Positions 29,851-38,938 of a DNA stretch of 64,000 nucleotides are shown in pieces. The stretch spans positions 4,523-68,522 of the forward strand of contig CAAGLY010000016.1 in assembly GCA_900770925.1 (NCBI GenBank). Direction: 5' to 3'. The stretch comes from Bacilli bacterium. GTDB taxonomy: Bacteria > Bacillota_I > Bacilli_A > RFN20 > CAG-288. Each line of letters opens with the position of its first letter. The first letter of the stretch is position 1. The notes beneath the pieces are model-generated. The model had not been told where the DNA came from. It did not search any database and saw only the letters and a program-made list of their open reading frames with translations. Position numbers and translations under genes: made by a program.

Positions 29851-30240
29851 TTATTTTTCATCCGTTTCGTTAGCCTGCTGTTCTTCGTTGGCAACGGCAG
29901 CAGTGATCTTTCCTAAATCGAAGGAAGAATCGAAACGGACAATGGCTTTCTTATACTGCGGAAGGTAGCCAGAGAAACGTCCGACACGGCGGATCTTGCG
30001 CTGAAGATTCCTGGTGTTGACGCTCTTAACCTTGGCAGAGAAGATGGCCTGAACAGCAGCCTTGATTTCAAGCTTAGTAGCTTTCTTGTCGACTGCGAAG
30101 ACAAGGGCATTTTCTTCCGAACGGAGACGCTGAGTCTCTTCGGTGACAATCCTGTGCTTGATGACGGAATAGTCCTTGATGATGGCCGGACGGGTAACGA
30201 ATTCCGGGGCGGCCTCAACGGCTTTCTTTTCTTCTGCCAT
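29851..30240 (-). CDS. rplW: 50S ribosomal protein L23
   Basis: L23 core with an N-terminal extension of about 20 aa. Confidence 0.85.
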   Translation of the reverse strand: MAEEKKAVEAAPEFVTRPAIIKDYSVIKHRIVTEETQRLRSEENALVFAVDKKATKLEIKAAVQAIFSAKVKSVNTRNLQRKIRRVGRFSGYLPQYKKAIVRFDSSFDLGKITAAVANEEQQANETDEK

Positions 30241-30893
30241 TATTTAGCTTCCTCCTCATGTTCATCTTCGAGGGGAGCCGGAATAGCATCCTTGACGAAG
30301 ATGACCTTGTTTGCGTTAAGGACATCATAGACTGAGACATTGTCAGCGAAAACGGCCTTAACATTGGCAAGGTTGGCACTGGCGCGGAGCAGGTTGACAT
30401 CGTCATCTGCTAAGACCAGTAAGTTCTTCTTTTCGTCAGCTTTGATTGCCTTAAGAGCAAGGGCGAAGTCCTTGGTCTTCCTAGACGGGCATTTCTCCCC
30501 GGTTAAGACGATGACGTTTCCGCCCTGGGCCTTCTCGGTAAGGACCGAGGTGAAGGCAATGTAGTGTTCCTTCTTGTTCCTCTTAAGGTCATGATTCTGC
30601 TGACCATTAGGAGCGAAGACAACACCGCCATGACGCCAGACCGGAGAGTTAGTGGTTCCGGCACGGGCACGGCCAGTACCCTTCTGACGCCACGGTTTGC
30701 GGTTAGAACCATGGACAATGTCACGGGTTAAGGTGTGTGCGGTATCGACACGGCGTGCAGCTAAATCGACGCGGACAGCACGCTGAACGGAATATTCATT
30801 GATTTCCGTATTGAAGAGGTCTGCGGGAAGGACGACTTCTCCGACCTTCTTGCCCGAATAATCGAGGACCGGGCTTTTCATTTCGTTAGCCAT
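30240..30893 (-). CDS. rplD: 50S ribosomal protein L4
   Basis: 217 aa between rplC and rplW. Confidence 0.9.
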   Translation of the reverse strand: MANEMKSPVLDYSGKKVGEVVLPADLFNTEINEYSVQRAVRVDLAARRVDTAHTLTRDIVHGSNRKPWRQKGTGRARAGTTNSPVWRHGGVVFAPNGQQNHDLKRNKKEHYIAFTSVLTEKAQGGNVIVLTGEKCPSRKTKDFALALKAIKADEKKNLLVLADDDVNLLRASANLANVKAVFADNVSVYDVLNANKVIFVKDAIPAPLEDEHEEEAK

Positions 30894-30912
30894 TTGTAAT
30901 CTCCTCCACGCT

Positions 30913-31704
30913 TTACTTCTTCATCCTAGCCTTGGAGTTCTTCCTCGGGTTGAGCTTCTTCTTCGGCGTCTTAGCTTCGATTTCAGCTAAACGTTTCGCT
31001 TCGGCAGCCTCAAGCTGAGCAATCGTCTCCTTGGTGTAATCGACAACCGGAGTAAGTTCCGGCTTCTTGACGTTATTGCGGATGGCAGAACGGATCTTGA
31101 TGATTGAGAGCTTCTGACCAGCAACCGATCCCTTGATGAGGATGCAGTTCTTCTCCGGATAGACAGCAACGACCGGTAAGTCTAAGACGGTGCGAACCTT
31201 CGGTCCCCAATGTCCGGACATCTTCTTGCCGGCATGGACACGGTTGTTGCAGCGTCCGTTGGTGGCTAAGGAGCCGATCTGACGATGATAGCCAGAGCCA
31301 TGTCCCTTAGGACCGATTGTGCCATGGTAACGTTTGATGGTGCCGACATATCCGTGACCCTTGCTTAAGCCAGTGACGTCGACCCTGTCGCCAGCCTGGA
31401 AGAGGGAGCAGTCTAAGGAAGTACCGACTTCATACTTTCCGTAGATTTCATCGCCTTCGAGCTCGCGGACAACGTACTTCGGAGCGGTATTTGCCTTCTT
31501 GGCAATTCCGAGTTCGCATTTGTTGGCCCGTTTTTCTTTCTTGTCTTCGTAGCCAACCTGAAGTGCCTCATATCCGTCTTTTTCTTTGGTCTTGACCTGT
31601 AAGACGACGTTGGGGAGCACTTCGACAACAGTAACCGGATAATGGGAGCCGTCTTCAGCGAAGACGGAGGTCATTCCGATTTTGCGTCCGATAATGGATT
31701 TCAT
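30913..31704 (-). CDS. rplC: 50S ribosomal protein L3 with a C-terminal extension
   Basis: L3 core (MKSIIGRKIGMTSVF..) plus a K/A/E-rich tail of about 50 aa. Confidence 0.9.
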   Translation of the reverse strand: MKSIIGRKIGMTSVFAEDGSHYPVTVVEVLPNVVLQVKTKEKDGYEALQVGYEDKKEKRANKCELGIAKKANTAPKYVVRELEGDEIYGKYEVGTSLDCSLFQAGDRVDVTGLSKGHGYVGTIKRYHGTIGPKGHGSGYHRQIGSLATNGRCNNRVHAGKKMSGHWGPKVRTVLDLPVVAVYPEKNCILIKGSVAGQKLSIIKIRSAIRNNVKKPELTPVVDYTKETIAQLEAAEAKRLAEIEAKTPKKKLNPRKNSKARMKK

Positions 31705-31722
31705 AAACTGTGCCTAACCTCC

Positions 31723-32034
31723 TTACAACTTGATTTCAACATCGACGCCGGCAGGAAGGTCGAGATTCTTGAGAATGTCGATGGTCTGCTTAGTCGGCTG
31801 GTTGATATCAATCAAACGTTTGTGCGTCCGGATTTCGAACTGTTCGCGGGAATCCTTATCCGTGAACGGGGAACGCAGAATAGTGAAGACTTTCTTTTCG
31901 GTAGGAAGCGGAATAGGTCCGACAACCTGAGCGCCAGTCTTCTTGGCGGCTTCGACGATCTTCTTGACCGCCTCGTCTAAGGTCTTGTGATCATAACCTT
32001 TGAGACGAACTCTGATGGATTTTGTTTCTGCCAT
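31723..32034 (-). CDS. rpsJ: 30S ribosomal protein S10
   Basis: ..[29 protein letters not shown].. First gene of the cluster. Confidence 0.95.
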   Translation of the reverse strand: MAETKSIRVRLKGYDHKTLDEAVKKIVEAAKKTGAQVVGPIPLPTEKKVFTILRSPFTDKDSREQFEIRTHKRLIDINQPTKQTIDILKNLDLPAGVDVEIKL

Positions 32035-32162
32035 TTGTTAACCTCCTTTACCCAAGATCTGTGTATGGGCATCCGTTCGGTATGAATAACCTGAAACGTT
32101 GACAACCGCTGTCGGCGTTTCAGCAACTTCACACGTCAATACGGGCTGAAATGGCATTCAGC
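32035..32162 (-). other. Structured 5' leader of the S10 operon (two hairpins)
   Basis: CTGAAACG..CGTTTCAG 8-bp stem (about 32085-32120) and GCTGAA..TTCAGC stem (about 32139-32157) between the promoter and rpsJ. Confidence 0.45.
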
Positions 32163-32169
32163 GTTGATA

Positions 32170-32198
32170 ATTTTACACTCTTCAGGTGGATGAGTCAA
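32170..32198 (-). promoter_or_regulatory. S10-operon promoter (TTGACT-17-TAAAAT on the minus strand)
   Basis: Reverse complement of 32193-32198 is TTGACT and of 32170-32175 is TAAAAT. Spacer 17 nt. Confidence 0.55.
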
Positions 32199-32342
32199 CA
32201 GAAATTTTGAATATTTTTTCTGTTTTGTTCATTATTATATATTATTGTTCGCGCGCGCGTAATCTATTGACAACTCTCTAAGGCGTTTCCAAGCGAAATC
32301 TTATTTTTCTTTTTTTCCCTTTACCGATATACTAAACGTGCT

Positions 32343-33437
32343 ATGAAATTAAATTTAACGCCAGAAATTGTCGATTACCTGAATTCCCTTATTGATCAGA
32401 AGAATCTCAATAGGGCAGCTTCCGACTTGCTTAACGACTATCTGAATAACCATTATGACGATAGGGATGAAGAACTCCTCTCTCTTTCCGGAAAGAAGGA
32501 AGAAGGAGAGAAGAAAGCCTTTGAGAACGCCTTCTTCTCCCTGCTAGACGAAAACAAGGATGACTATAAGGAAATCATTGCCTCCTGCAAGACAGGTTCC
32601 TTTGATTTGCTCGATGAGAACGAATACAGGAGCAATCCTTATTACCAGCATGTCTCTTTCCGTCCGAAGAGGATCAAGAATTATAGGCTGACCTATAATC
32701 ACTTTGCACCCTATGAGGGCTTTGTCTACAACGAAAGGAACACAGATAAGGACAGCTTCTATAGCGAGATTACCCCTCTTGGCTACTTCCATCACGAGTT
32801 CTCCTACCCGGTATTAAGGAAGAAGGATAGGGTCTGGAGGAGCATCATCCCACATGAAATCAACACGAGGAAAGAAGCCATCAAAGAAGCAGAAGGAAGC
32901 ATCGTTACCTTCGGATTAGGACTTGGCTATTTTGCCTACAGGACAAGGCTGAAAGAAGAAGTCAGCCATGTCACTGTCGTAGATAAGGATAAGGAAATCA
33001 TCAGTCTCTTCACCGCCGAACTGCTTCCCTCATTCCCAAGTAAGGAAAAGCTCGATATTGTCAAAGACGACTGCTTCGCCTATCTGAAAAAGAGGAAGGA
33101 AACCCCAAGTCTTGTCTTTGTCGACATCTACCATCAGGCAGAAGACGCTCTCCCCATCTATAGGAAGAGGAAGCCAAGGGAAAAGAACCATCCCGGCGTA
33201 AAGTTCCTTTACTGGATCGAAAAGGACATCTTAGTCCTTCTCCGCCGCTATGTCCTCACTATCTTAGAGGAAGCCAGTATCGGATACACCTTAAAAGACT
33301 ACCAGAATCCGACAAACGAAGAAGAGAAGATTCTCCTTGCTCTCCGGAGCAAGAGGGAAAACAGGAACTTCGGAAAGAAAGAGGAGCTTGAAGAACTTCT
33401 CTCCGATTCCGGATTAAGAAAGTTAGCTTCCCTGTAA
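32343..33437 (+). CDS. Hypothetical class-I SAM-methyltransferase / spermidine-synthase-like protein
   Basis: VTFGLGLGYF (motif I), VTVVDKDKEI (acidic motif II), VFVDIYH (motif III). No Shine-Dalgarno sequence; TATACT -10 lies 9 nt before the ATG. Confidence 0.55.
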   Translation: MKLNLTPEIVDYLNSLIDQKNLNRAASDLLNDYLNNHYDDRDEELLSLSGKKEEGEKKAFENAFFSLLDENKDDYKEIIASCKTGSFDLLDENEYRSNPYYQHVSFRPKRIKNYRLTYNHFAPYEGFVYNERNTDKDSFYSEITPLGYFHHEFSYPVLRKKDRVWRSIIPHEINTRKEAIKEAEGSIVTFGLGLGYFAYRTRLKEEVSHVTVVDKDKEIISLFTAELLPSFPSKEKLDIVKDDCFAYLKKRKETPSLVFVDIYHQAEDALPIYRKRKPREKNHPGVKFLYWIEKDILVLLRRYVLTILEEASIGYTLKDYQNPTNEEEKILLALRSKRENRNFGKKEELEELLSDSGLRKLASL

Positions 33438-33444
33438 AACAGAA

Positions 33445-33485
33445 AAGGACTGCTCCTAGGCATTTGCCAAAGGGCAGTCCTTTTT
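33445..33485. terminator. Bidirectional terminator between the methyltransferase-like gene and mscS
   Basis: AAGGACTGC..GCAGTCCTT 9-bp stem, T-run on the plus strand and A-run upstream. Confidence 0.7.
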
Positions 33486-33496
33486 CAGAATAGATT

Positions 33497-34492
33497 TTAC
33501 TTTTCCTGAGTAGGTAGTCTATTGTTTCCTGAAGGAGAAGCCCTCTGCGGCTCCTCATAGTTTTCAATCGTGAAGTGGCGGACTGGAATCTGAATGCCCT
33601 GTTCACGGAAGGCAATGAGAATTTTCTCCCGGAAGTTAAGATAGACATCCCAGTAATCTTTGTTTTCAATGTACGCACGGACAGAAAAGTTGATATAGTA
33701 CTCAGCAAAGTCAGTCAGATAGGCACTCGGCTTAGGTTCTTTCAGAACGCGGGGATCTTTGGAAAGAACATCTAGGATAACCTGCTTGCAATTCTCGGTA
33801 TCTGTCTGATAATCCACGCCGATATCGACCACCCTACGACGGACAGGATTTCGGGAGTAATTCGTAATGACGCCCTTCCTAAGCTGATCGTTCGGAATGA
33901 CCACATGCTGGCCGTTGACCGTATCAAGGGTTGTTGCCCTCACCCCGACAGAGGTAACCGTTCCCTCCGCAGTAGAATCACCCTGGACAAGAATATAGTC
34001 TCCGGTACGGAAGTGCTTGGATTTCAGCAGGATAACACCGGATGCACAGGCAGAGATGATGTTCTGCAGGGAAAGGCCGATGGCAACCGTTCCGGCAGAC
34101 AGAATCTGAGCCAAGGAACTGACATCGACTTTCAGAATGCGAAGAACAACGAAGGCAAGAATCAAGTTAAGGACAATATTGATGATTGCAATCGTAAAGG
34201 AACGGACAGAAACATCCACGCCCCTCTTGTTCTTCGCCCCCGTTGCCGCTTTGATTATCCGCCTGATCAATTTAATCAGATAATGGCAGATAACCAATAT
34301 CGCAATTGCGAGGACTAAACGGGTAATCCTGTTCCTTCCGCTTGTGTCTGCTTTCCAAAACCAGTCCTTAATATTGTTGCCGCTGCTCTTGAGCCAGCTG
34401 ACAAACCCCTTCCAGTTATTAGAAGAGCTTTTTCCGTCTGAAGAAACCGATTCTGCCCTCCTGGAAATAGGCTTAAATAATGAAATGTCCAT
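33497..34492 (-). CDS. mscS: Mechanosensitive channel MscS family
   Basis: Three TM helices followed by the MscS beta-domain (..GDYILVQGDSTAEGTVTSVGVRATTLDT..). Confidence 0.85.
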   Translation of the reverse strand: MDISLFKPISRRAESVSSDGKSSSNNWKGFVSWLKSSGNNIKDWFWKADTSGRNRITRLVLAIAILVICHYLIKLIRRIIKAATGAKNKRGVDVSVRSFTIAIINIVLNLILAFVVLRILKVDVSSLAQILSAGTVAIGLSLQNIISACASGVILLKSKHFRTGDYILVQGDSTAEGTVTSVGVRATTLDTVNGQHVVIPNDQLRKGVITNYSRNPVRRRVVDIGVDYQTDTENCKQVILDVLSKDPRVLKEPKPSAYLTDFAEYYINFSVRAYIENKDYWDVYLNFREKILIAFREQGIQIPVRHFTIENYEEPQRASPSGNNRLPTQEK

Positions 34493-34688
34493 CTAAATCT
34501 CTTTCTTTTTTTCTATGCATTTATTTAAACACTTTTGCAGAGAGATAACAAACCCGAAAACAAAAAGAGGAAAAGAAATAGCAAAAACAAAAGAAAAAAT
34601 AAAGCAGATAGTTTGCCAAGGGGCTGAAGGAATATCCGAAACTCTATTTAAAACAATAAAGATTGCTCTTTATGTAACTCTTTTGTTT

Positions 34689-35510
34689 TCATTTTGTTTT
34701 CTGGTTTGTGACAGATGCAGAAAGTTCAGTCAGCTTTCCGAGGTTTTCTACTTTAAGCCCTTTAATCAGATCATACTTCAGGCCATACTGTTTCCGCTTC
34801 AGATAACGATAATATAAAAACACAGCAAGAATAATCACGCCAAGCATTAACAGGAAAGCAAGGAAAACCAATAGCCACCTCCACCAGGAGAAGGACTTGT
34901 AATCAAAGTAATCTGTTCCGAGAATGCAGCAGCAGAGGACACCGACAGAGCGGAAGATTAACGCCATGACAAAGTTATAGCCGAAGGAGATATCGCTCCT
35001 GCCACAGACAAAAGACCTCGTATCATCAGGGAAGAAAGGGAAAAGATAGACGAAAGGAAGGGCAGGCTTTCCGCCGATATTCAGAATAGTCTTTGCTTTC
35101 TGATAGTCTTCTTCCCCGATGATCCAGCCGATGGCTTTTTTACCGATGGTCCGTCCGACAAAGAAGAGAACTATGGTTGTCAGCCTGACCGAGGCATCGC
35201 AGAGAAGAAAAGCCTTCAGCCTTCCTAAAGGTGTCTTATCGTTCAGCCTCCTATTGGCTAAGGTGATAAAGAAAATGGAGGAGATTCCCGGAATCAGATT
35301 GATAATCGGAGAGAGGACCAGATAAAGGAAACAGCCTAAAGCCAAGTTATCCTTTGTCCATTTCTGGATTTCTTCCCTGAACTTTGTCTTTCCTCCGAGC
35401 AGGGAAAAGACATAATAGCCAAGAAGGAGAAGCCCGCCTAGGACTAATAGGATTGTCAGGAATCGGAGAAGCCTTTTGATCCACTTCCGGTTTAATGATG
35501 TTCTGTTCAT
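34689..35510 (-). CDS. TVP38/TMEM64 (DedA/VTT superfamily) membrane protein
   Basis: Multi-TM protein with a VTT-domain-like segment (..LCDASVRLTTIVLFFVGRTIGKK..). Confidence 0.7.
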   Translation of the reverse strand: MNRTSLNRKWIKRLLRFLTILLVLGGLLLLGYYVFSLLGGKTKFREEIQKWTKDNLALGCFLYLVLSPIINLIPGISSIFFITLANRRLNDKTPLGRLKAFLLCDASVRLTTIVLFFVGRTIGKKAIGWIIGEEDYQKAKTILNIGGKPALPFVYLFPFFPDDTRSFVCGRSDISFGYNFVMALIFRSVGVLCCCILGTDYFDYKSFSWWRWLLVFLAFLLMLGVIILAVFLYYRYLKRKQYGLKYDLIKGLKVENLGKLTELSASVTNQKTK

Positions 35511-35545
35511 ACTAAAATGATTTTAGCATAGATTAAACAGCAAAG

Positions 35546-35662
35546 TCCGATTGTGTCTTTTCAAATAAGCGTACCCTTCTGAAAAAGAGTTGTTAAAAGA
35601 AGAAAAATCTTTTTCTAACGGTTGTTTTCCGTCAAAAAGCAGAAAAAAGAAACCCGATTGTG
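35546..35662 (+). repeat. Direct 9-mer repeats CCGATTGTG (twice, 108 bp apart) upstream of the glpA-like operon
   Basis: Copies at 35546-35554 and 35654-35662, each followed by TCTTTT. The second abuts the -10 TATAAT (35684-35689). Confidence 0.4.
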
Positions 35663-35721
35663 GAAGAAAATCTTTTCCTGCCTTATAATAGAAAAGCGAT
35701 TAACAGAAAGGAATTACCCCC

Positions 35722-37188
35722 ATGTCCAATTACGATGTCATCATTATCGGAGCAGGCGTGACAGGAACCGGTATCGCTAGGGAACTTAGCAAGTACCAGC
35801 TCAAGACGCTTCTGCTAGACAAAGAGAACGATGTTTCTAGGCAGACAAGCAAAGCCAATTCCGGTATTGTCCATGCCGGATACGATCCGCTTCCCGGCAC
35901 AAAGAGGGCAAGACTCAATGTTCTCGGCTGCCAGATAATCCATGATTTAGCTCCAGTTAGGAACTATCACTATCAGAATATCGGATCTTTAGTGGTAGGA
36001 AGCACTTTAGAAGATCACGAAAAAATCAACGAACTATACGAGCGTGGATTACAAAACAGAGTTCCCGGCAGGAAGCTATTTAAGACAGCCGCGGAAGTCC
36101 ATAAGAGGGAGCCGAATCTTGCAAAAGAAATCGACTATGCGCTCTATGCTCCTAGCTGCGGTGTAGTCTATCCCTGGGAATTAGTCTTGGCCAGGGGAAA
36201 CACTGCCGTCAAAAACGGTGTCGTTTTCTCACGTGATTCTAAAGTGTTAGATATTACTAAAGATGAAGACGGGATCTTCCATGTCAGCACCAGCAAAGGG
36301 GAATTTCTATCTAAAGCAGTTATCAATGCAGCTGGTCTTTATGCCGATGAGATTTATAGAATGGTCTTAAAGGATAAAGCAGAAGATGCTTTTGAGATAA
36401 CTCCCGTAAGAGGTGAATATTATCTGCTTGACAAAGAAGAAGGCGATTTCGTCAAACATGTCATCTTCCAGACACCAACCAGCCTTGGAAAAGGCGTCTT
36501 AGTCTCCCCGACTGCAACTGGTAATTTGATTGTCGGGCCGGATGCCAACGAACATATCGACGGTAAGAATGACCTCGGAAACACTTCCGATGCCTTAAGT
36601 TATATCCGTACAAGGTCTACCCGTTCCGTTCCTAATGTCAACTTCCGGAATAATATCCGGAACTTTGCCGGAAACCGCCCGACAATCAAAGGAAGAGAAG
36701 ACTTCCTTATCGAAGAGTCCCCTTTAGTCAAAGGCTTCATCAACTTTGCCGGCATCAAGTCTCCGGGCTTGACTAGCGGGCCTGCTAGGGGAAGGGAAGC
36801 TGTCTCTATCCTCACCGAAAGGGGATTTGAATTCGAAAAGAAGAAAGACTTCTCCTACTTCCGCCTTCCTGGCTATTTCAGCGAGAAATCGCTTAAGGAA
36901 AAAGAAGAACTGATTGAAAAGAATCCGTTATACGGACAGAGGATATGCCGCTGTGAAACAGTTCCGGAAGGTCAGATTCTCGACACCTTCTCCTGGCCGA
37001 TTCCTCCTTGCAGCATCGATGGAATCAAGCGCCGGACTAACGCCGGCATGGGACGCTGCCAGGGCGGTTTCTGCGGTCCGAAGGTCTTCGATATTCTCTT
37101 GAATAACCTCCATGTCCCCTTCGATGAGATCTACCAGGACAAGACCGGAAGCCAAGTCGTTGTCGAGCAGACCAAGGAGGAAAAGTAG
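35722..37188 (+). CDS. FAD-dependent glycerol-3-phosphate-dehydrogenase-like oxidoreductase with a BFD-like [2Fe-2S] domain
   Basis: N-terminal DVIIIGAGVTGTGIA dinucleotide fold. C-terminal CRCETV..RRTNAGMGRCQGGFC BFD-like cluster motif. Confidence 0.8.
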   Translation: MSNYDVIIIGAGVTGTGIARELSKYQLKTLLLDKENDVSRQTSKANSGIVHAGYDPLPGTKRARLNVLGCQIIHDLAPVRNYHYQNIGSLVVGSTLEDHEKINELYERGLQNRVPGRKLFKTAAEVHKREPNLAKEIDYALYAPSCGVVYPWELVLARGNTAVKNGVVFSRDSKVLDITKDEDGIFHVSTSKGEFLSKAVINAAGLYADEIYRMVLKDKAEDAFEITPVRGEYYLLDKEEGDFVKHVIFQTPTSLGKGVLVSPTATGNLIVGPDANEHIDGKNDLGNTSDALSYIRTRSTRSVPNVNFRNNIRNFAGNRPTIKGREDFLIEESPLVKGFINFAGIKSPGLTSGPARGREAVSILTERGFEFEKKKDFSYFRLPGYFSEKSLKEKEELIEKNPLYGQRICRCETVPEGQILDTFSWPIPPCSIDGIKRRTNAGMGRCQGGFCGPKVFDILLNNLHVPFDEIYQDKTGSQVVVEQTKEEK

Positions 37189-37189
37189 G

Positions 37190-38455
37190 ATGTTTTCCAA
37201 ACACGATTTAGTCATCGTCGGCGGCGGTCCTGCTGGCCTTGCTGCCGCTTATGGCGCATATAGCAAAGGAGTAAGAGATATCTTAATCCTTGAACGGGAC
37301 AGCACTCTTGGCGGAATCCTTAACCAGTGTATCCATAATGGCTTCGGGCTCCATCGTTTCAAAGAAGAACTGACCGGTCCAGAATACGCAGCCCGCTATG
37401 AAGATTTAGTCAAGAACACCTGGGTTGAGCGTCAGCTCAATACCAGGGTCATCGATATCAGCAAGGATAAGCTCATCACCTGCGTTTCTCCGCAGAAAGG
37501 CTTGGAGCAGATTCAGGCCAAGGCAATCATTCTCGCTAGGGGCTGCCGTGAACGTAGCCGTGGAGCCATCTCTACTCCCGGCGACCGCGTTGCTGGCATC
37601 TATACCGCCGGTGCAGCGCAGAAATACTGCAACATCGACGGCTATCTTGTCGGCAAGAGAGTTGTCATCCTCGGTTCCGGCGATATCGGCTTAATCAGGG
37701 CACGCCGTAGGACGCTTGAAGGCGCTAAAGTCTTAGCAGATGTCGAGCTCTGTCCTTATTCCAATGGCCTTAACCGTAATATTGCGCAATGTCTGAACGA
37801 TTTCAACATTCCCCTCTACTTGTCCCACACGGTCAGCGATATCATCGCCGATGAAGAGCATCACCGGGTCAAACAAGTTGTCATCTCCAAGGTCGATGAA
37901 CACAATAATCCGATCAAAGGAACCGAAATCACCTTTGACTGCGATACCCTCTTATTATCTGTCGGCCTGATTCCGGAGAATGAGTTAAGCAAGAAAGCCG
38001 GCGTGGATTTAGACCCCCGTACAAAAGGGGCTGTAGTCTACGACAATCTGGAAACCAATGTCGAAGGTATCTTCGCGTGCGGAAATGTCCTTCAGGTCCA
38101 TGACCTTGTCGATAACGTCTCTGCCGAAGGAGACCGCGCCGGAAAGAATGCAGCGGATTATTTAGAAAAGGGAGAACTAAGCTCATCCTTAGTCAAAGTC
38201 GTTCCCGGAGACGGACTTGGTTACACCTGCCCGCAATTCATCCGGAAAGAGGATTCGAAAGACTATGTCGATATCTTCTTCCGTGTCCGTAAGCCGGTTT
38301 CCAACTGTTCTCTTGTCATCAAGAAAGACGGCCAGGAAATCAAGGCAGTCAAAAAGATTAAGGTCATCCCTTCGGAAAGGGAATCCTTAAGAATCAAGAA
38401 AGAAGATTTCCTTAATGCCAGCGAGATTGAAATCTCGCTGAGAAAGGATGCTTAG
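37190..38455 (+). CDS. NAD(P)/FAD-dependent pyridine nucleotide-disulfide oxidoreductase (second subunit)
   Basis: LVIVGGGPAGLAAA and VVILGSGDIGL Rossmann motifs. Start set at the ATG at 37190 (AAGGAGG Shine-Dalgarno sequence), 1 nt after the upstream stop. Confidence 0.8.
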   Translation: MFSKHDLVIVGGGPAGLAAAYGAYSKGVRDILILERDSTLGGILNQCIHNGFGLHRFKEELTGPEYAARYEDLVKNTWVERQLNTRVIDISKDKLITCVSPQKGLEQIQAKAIILARGCRERSRGAISTPGDRVAGIYTAGAAQKYCNIDGYLVGKRVVILGSGDIGLIRARRRTLEGAKVLADVELCPYSNGLNRNIAQCLNDFNIPLYLSHTVSDIIADEEHHRVKQVVISKVDEHNNPIKGTEITFDCDTLLLSVGLIPENELSKKAGVDLDPRTKGAVVYDNLETNVEGIFACGNVLQVHDLVDNVSAEGDRAGKNAADYLEKGELSSSLVKVVPGDGLGYTCPQFIRKEDSKDYVDIFFRVRKPVSNCSLVIKKDGQEIKAVKKIKVIPSERESLRIKKEDFLNASEIEISLRKDA

Positions 38456-38457
38456 CC

Positions 38458-38811
38458 ATGATCAAGAAAAGGGTCTGCATTAATTGTCCGAGAGGATGTG
38501 AACTGACTGTCGATACAGAAAAAAGGACTGTGGAGGGCAACTTCTGTCCGAGAGGAAAAGAATATGGAATCAATGAGGTGACGCATCCTATGCGTACCAT
38601 CACTTCTACCGCTAAGATTAAAGGCGGAGTCATCAGCCGCGTCTCTCTGAGAACGAATAAACCGGCCCCGAAGGAGAAAAGGTTCGATATCAGGAACGAG
38701 ATCAACCATCTTGATTTAGTTGCTCCTATCCATATCGGAGATATCCTGATTAAGGATGTCTGTTCGACCGGCGTTGACGTAATCGCCACAAAAGACGTCG
38801 AGAAGGAATAG
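38458..38811 (+). CDS. DUF1667-type small cysteine-rich subunit
   Basis: CINCPRGCELTV..CPRGKEYG motifs. Start 2 nt after the preceding stop. Completes the three-gene set commonly seen with glycerol metabolism genes. Confidence 0.75.
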   Translation: MIKKRVCINCPRGCELTVDTEKRTVEGNFCPRGKEYGINEVTHPMRTITSTAKIKGGVISRVSLRTNKPAPKEKRFDIRNEINHLDLVAPIHIGDILIKDVCSTGVDVIATKDVEKE

Positions 38812-38938
38812 AAAACAGAACTGCCTTAGTCAAAAAAGGCTAGGGCAGTTTTCTCTTCAGAGGAAAAGGCTGTGCCTTTCTTCCACACGAGTAAAAGTAA
38901 GGAACAGCCTTTTTGCGTTATTTAAGATTGTCTTTCCT

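Noticed and set aside
22574-31980. Many 60-180-aa antisense or alternative-frame ORFs across the ribosomal-protein cluster (for example 23014-23562, 25838-26455, 27258-27806)
   Set aside because: They all lie within or antisense to strongly conserved ribosomal-protein genes. Biased codon composition of the sense frame removes stops from other frames. There is no Shine-Dalgarno sequence and no independent support.
32243-32252. 10-nt alternating CG tract (CGCGCGCGCG) between the divergent S10 and methyltransferase-like promoters
   Set aside because: Too short to call a Z-DNA or repeat element. Probably incidental.
34515-34817. 100-aa plus-strand ORF in the A-rich gap between mscS and the DedA-family gene
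   Set aside because: Low-complexity translation that overlaps the 3' end of the DedA-family gene. The region is more plausibly the mscS promoter.
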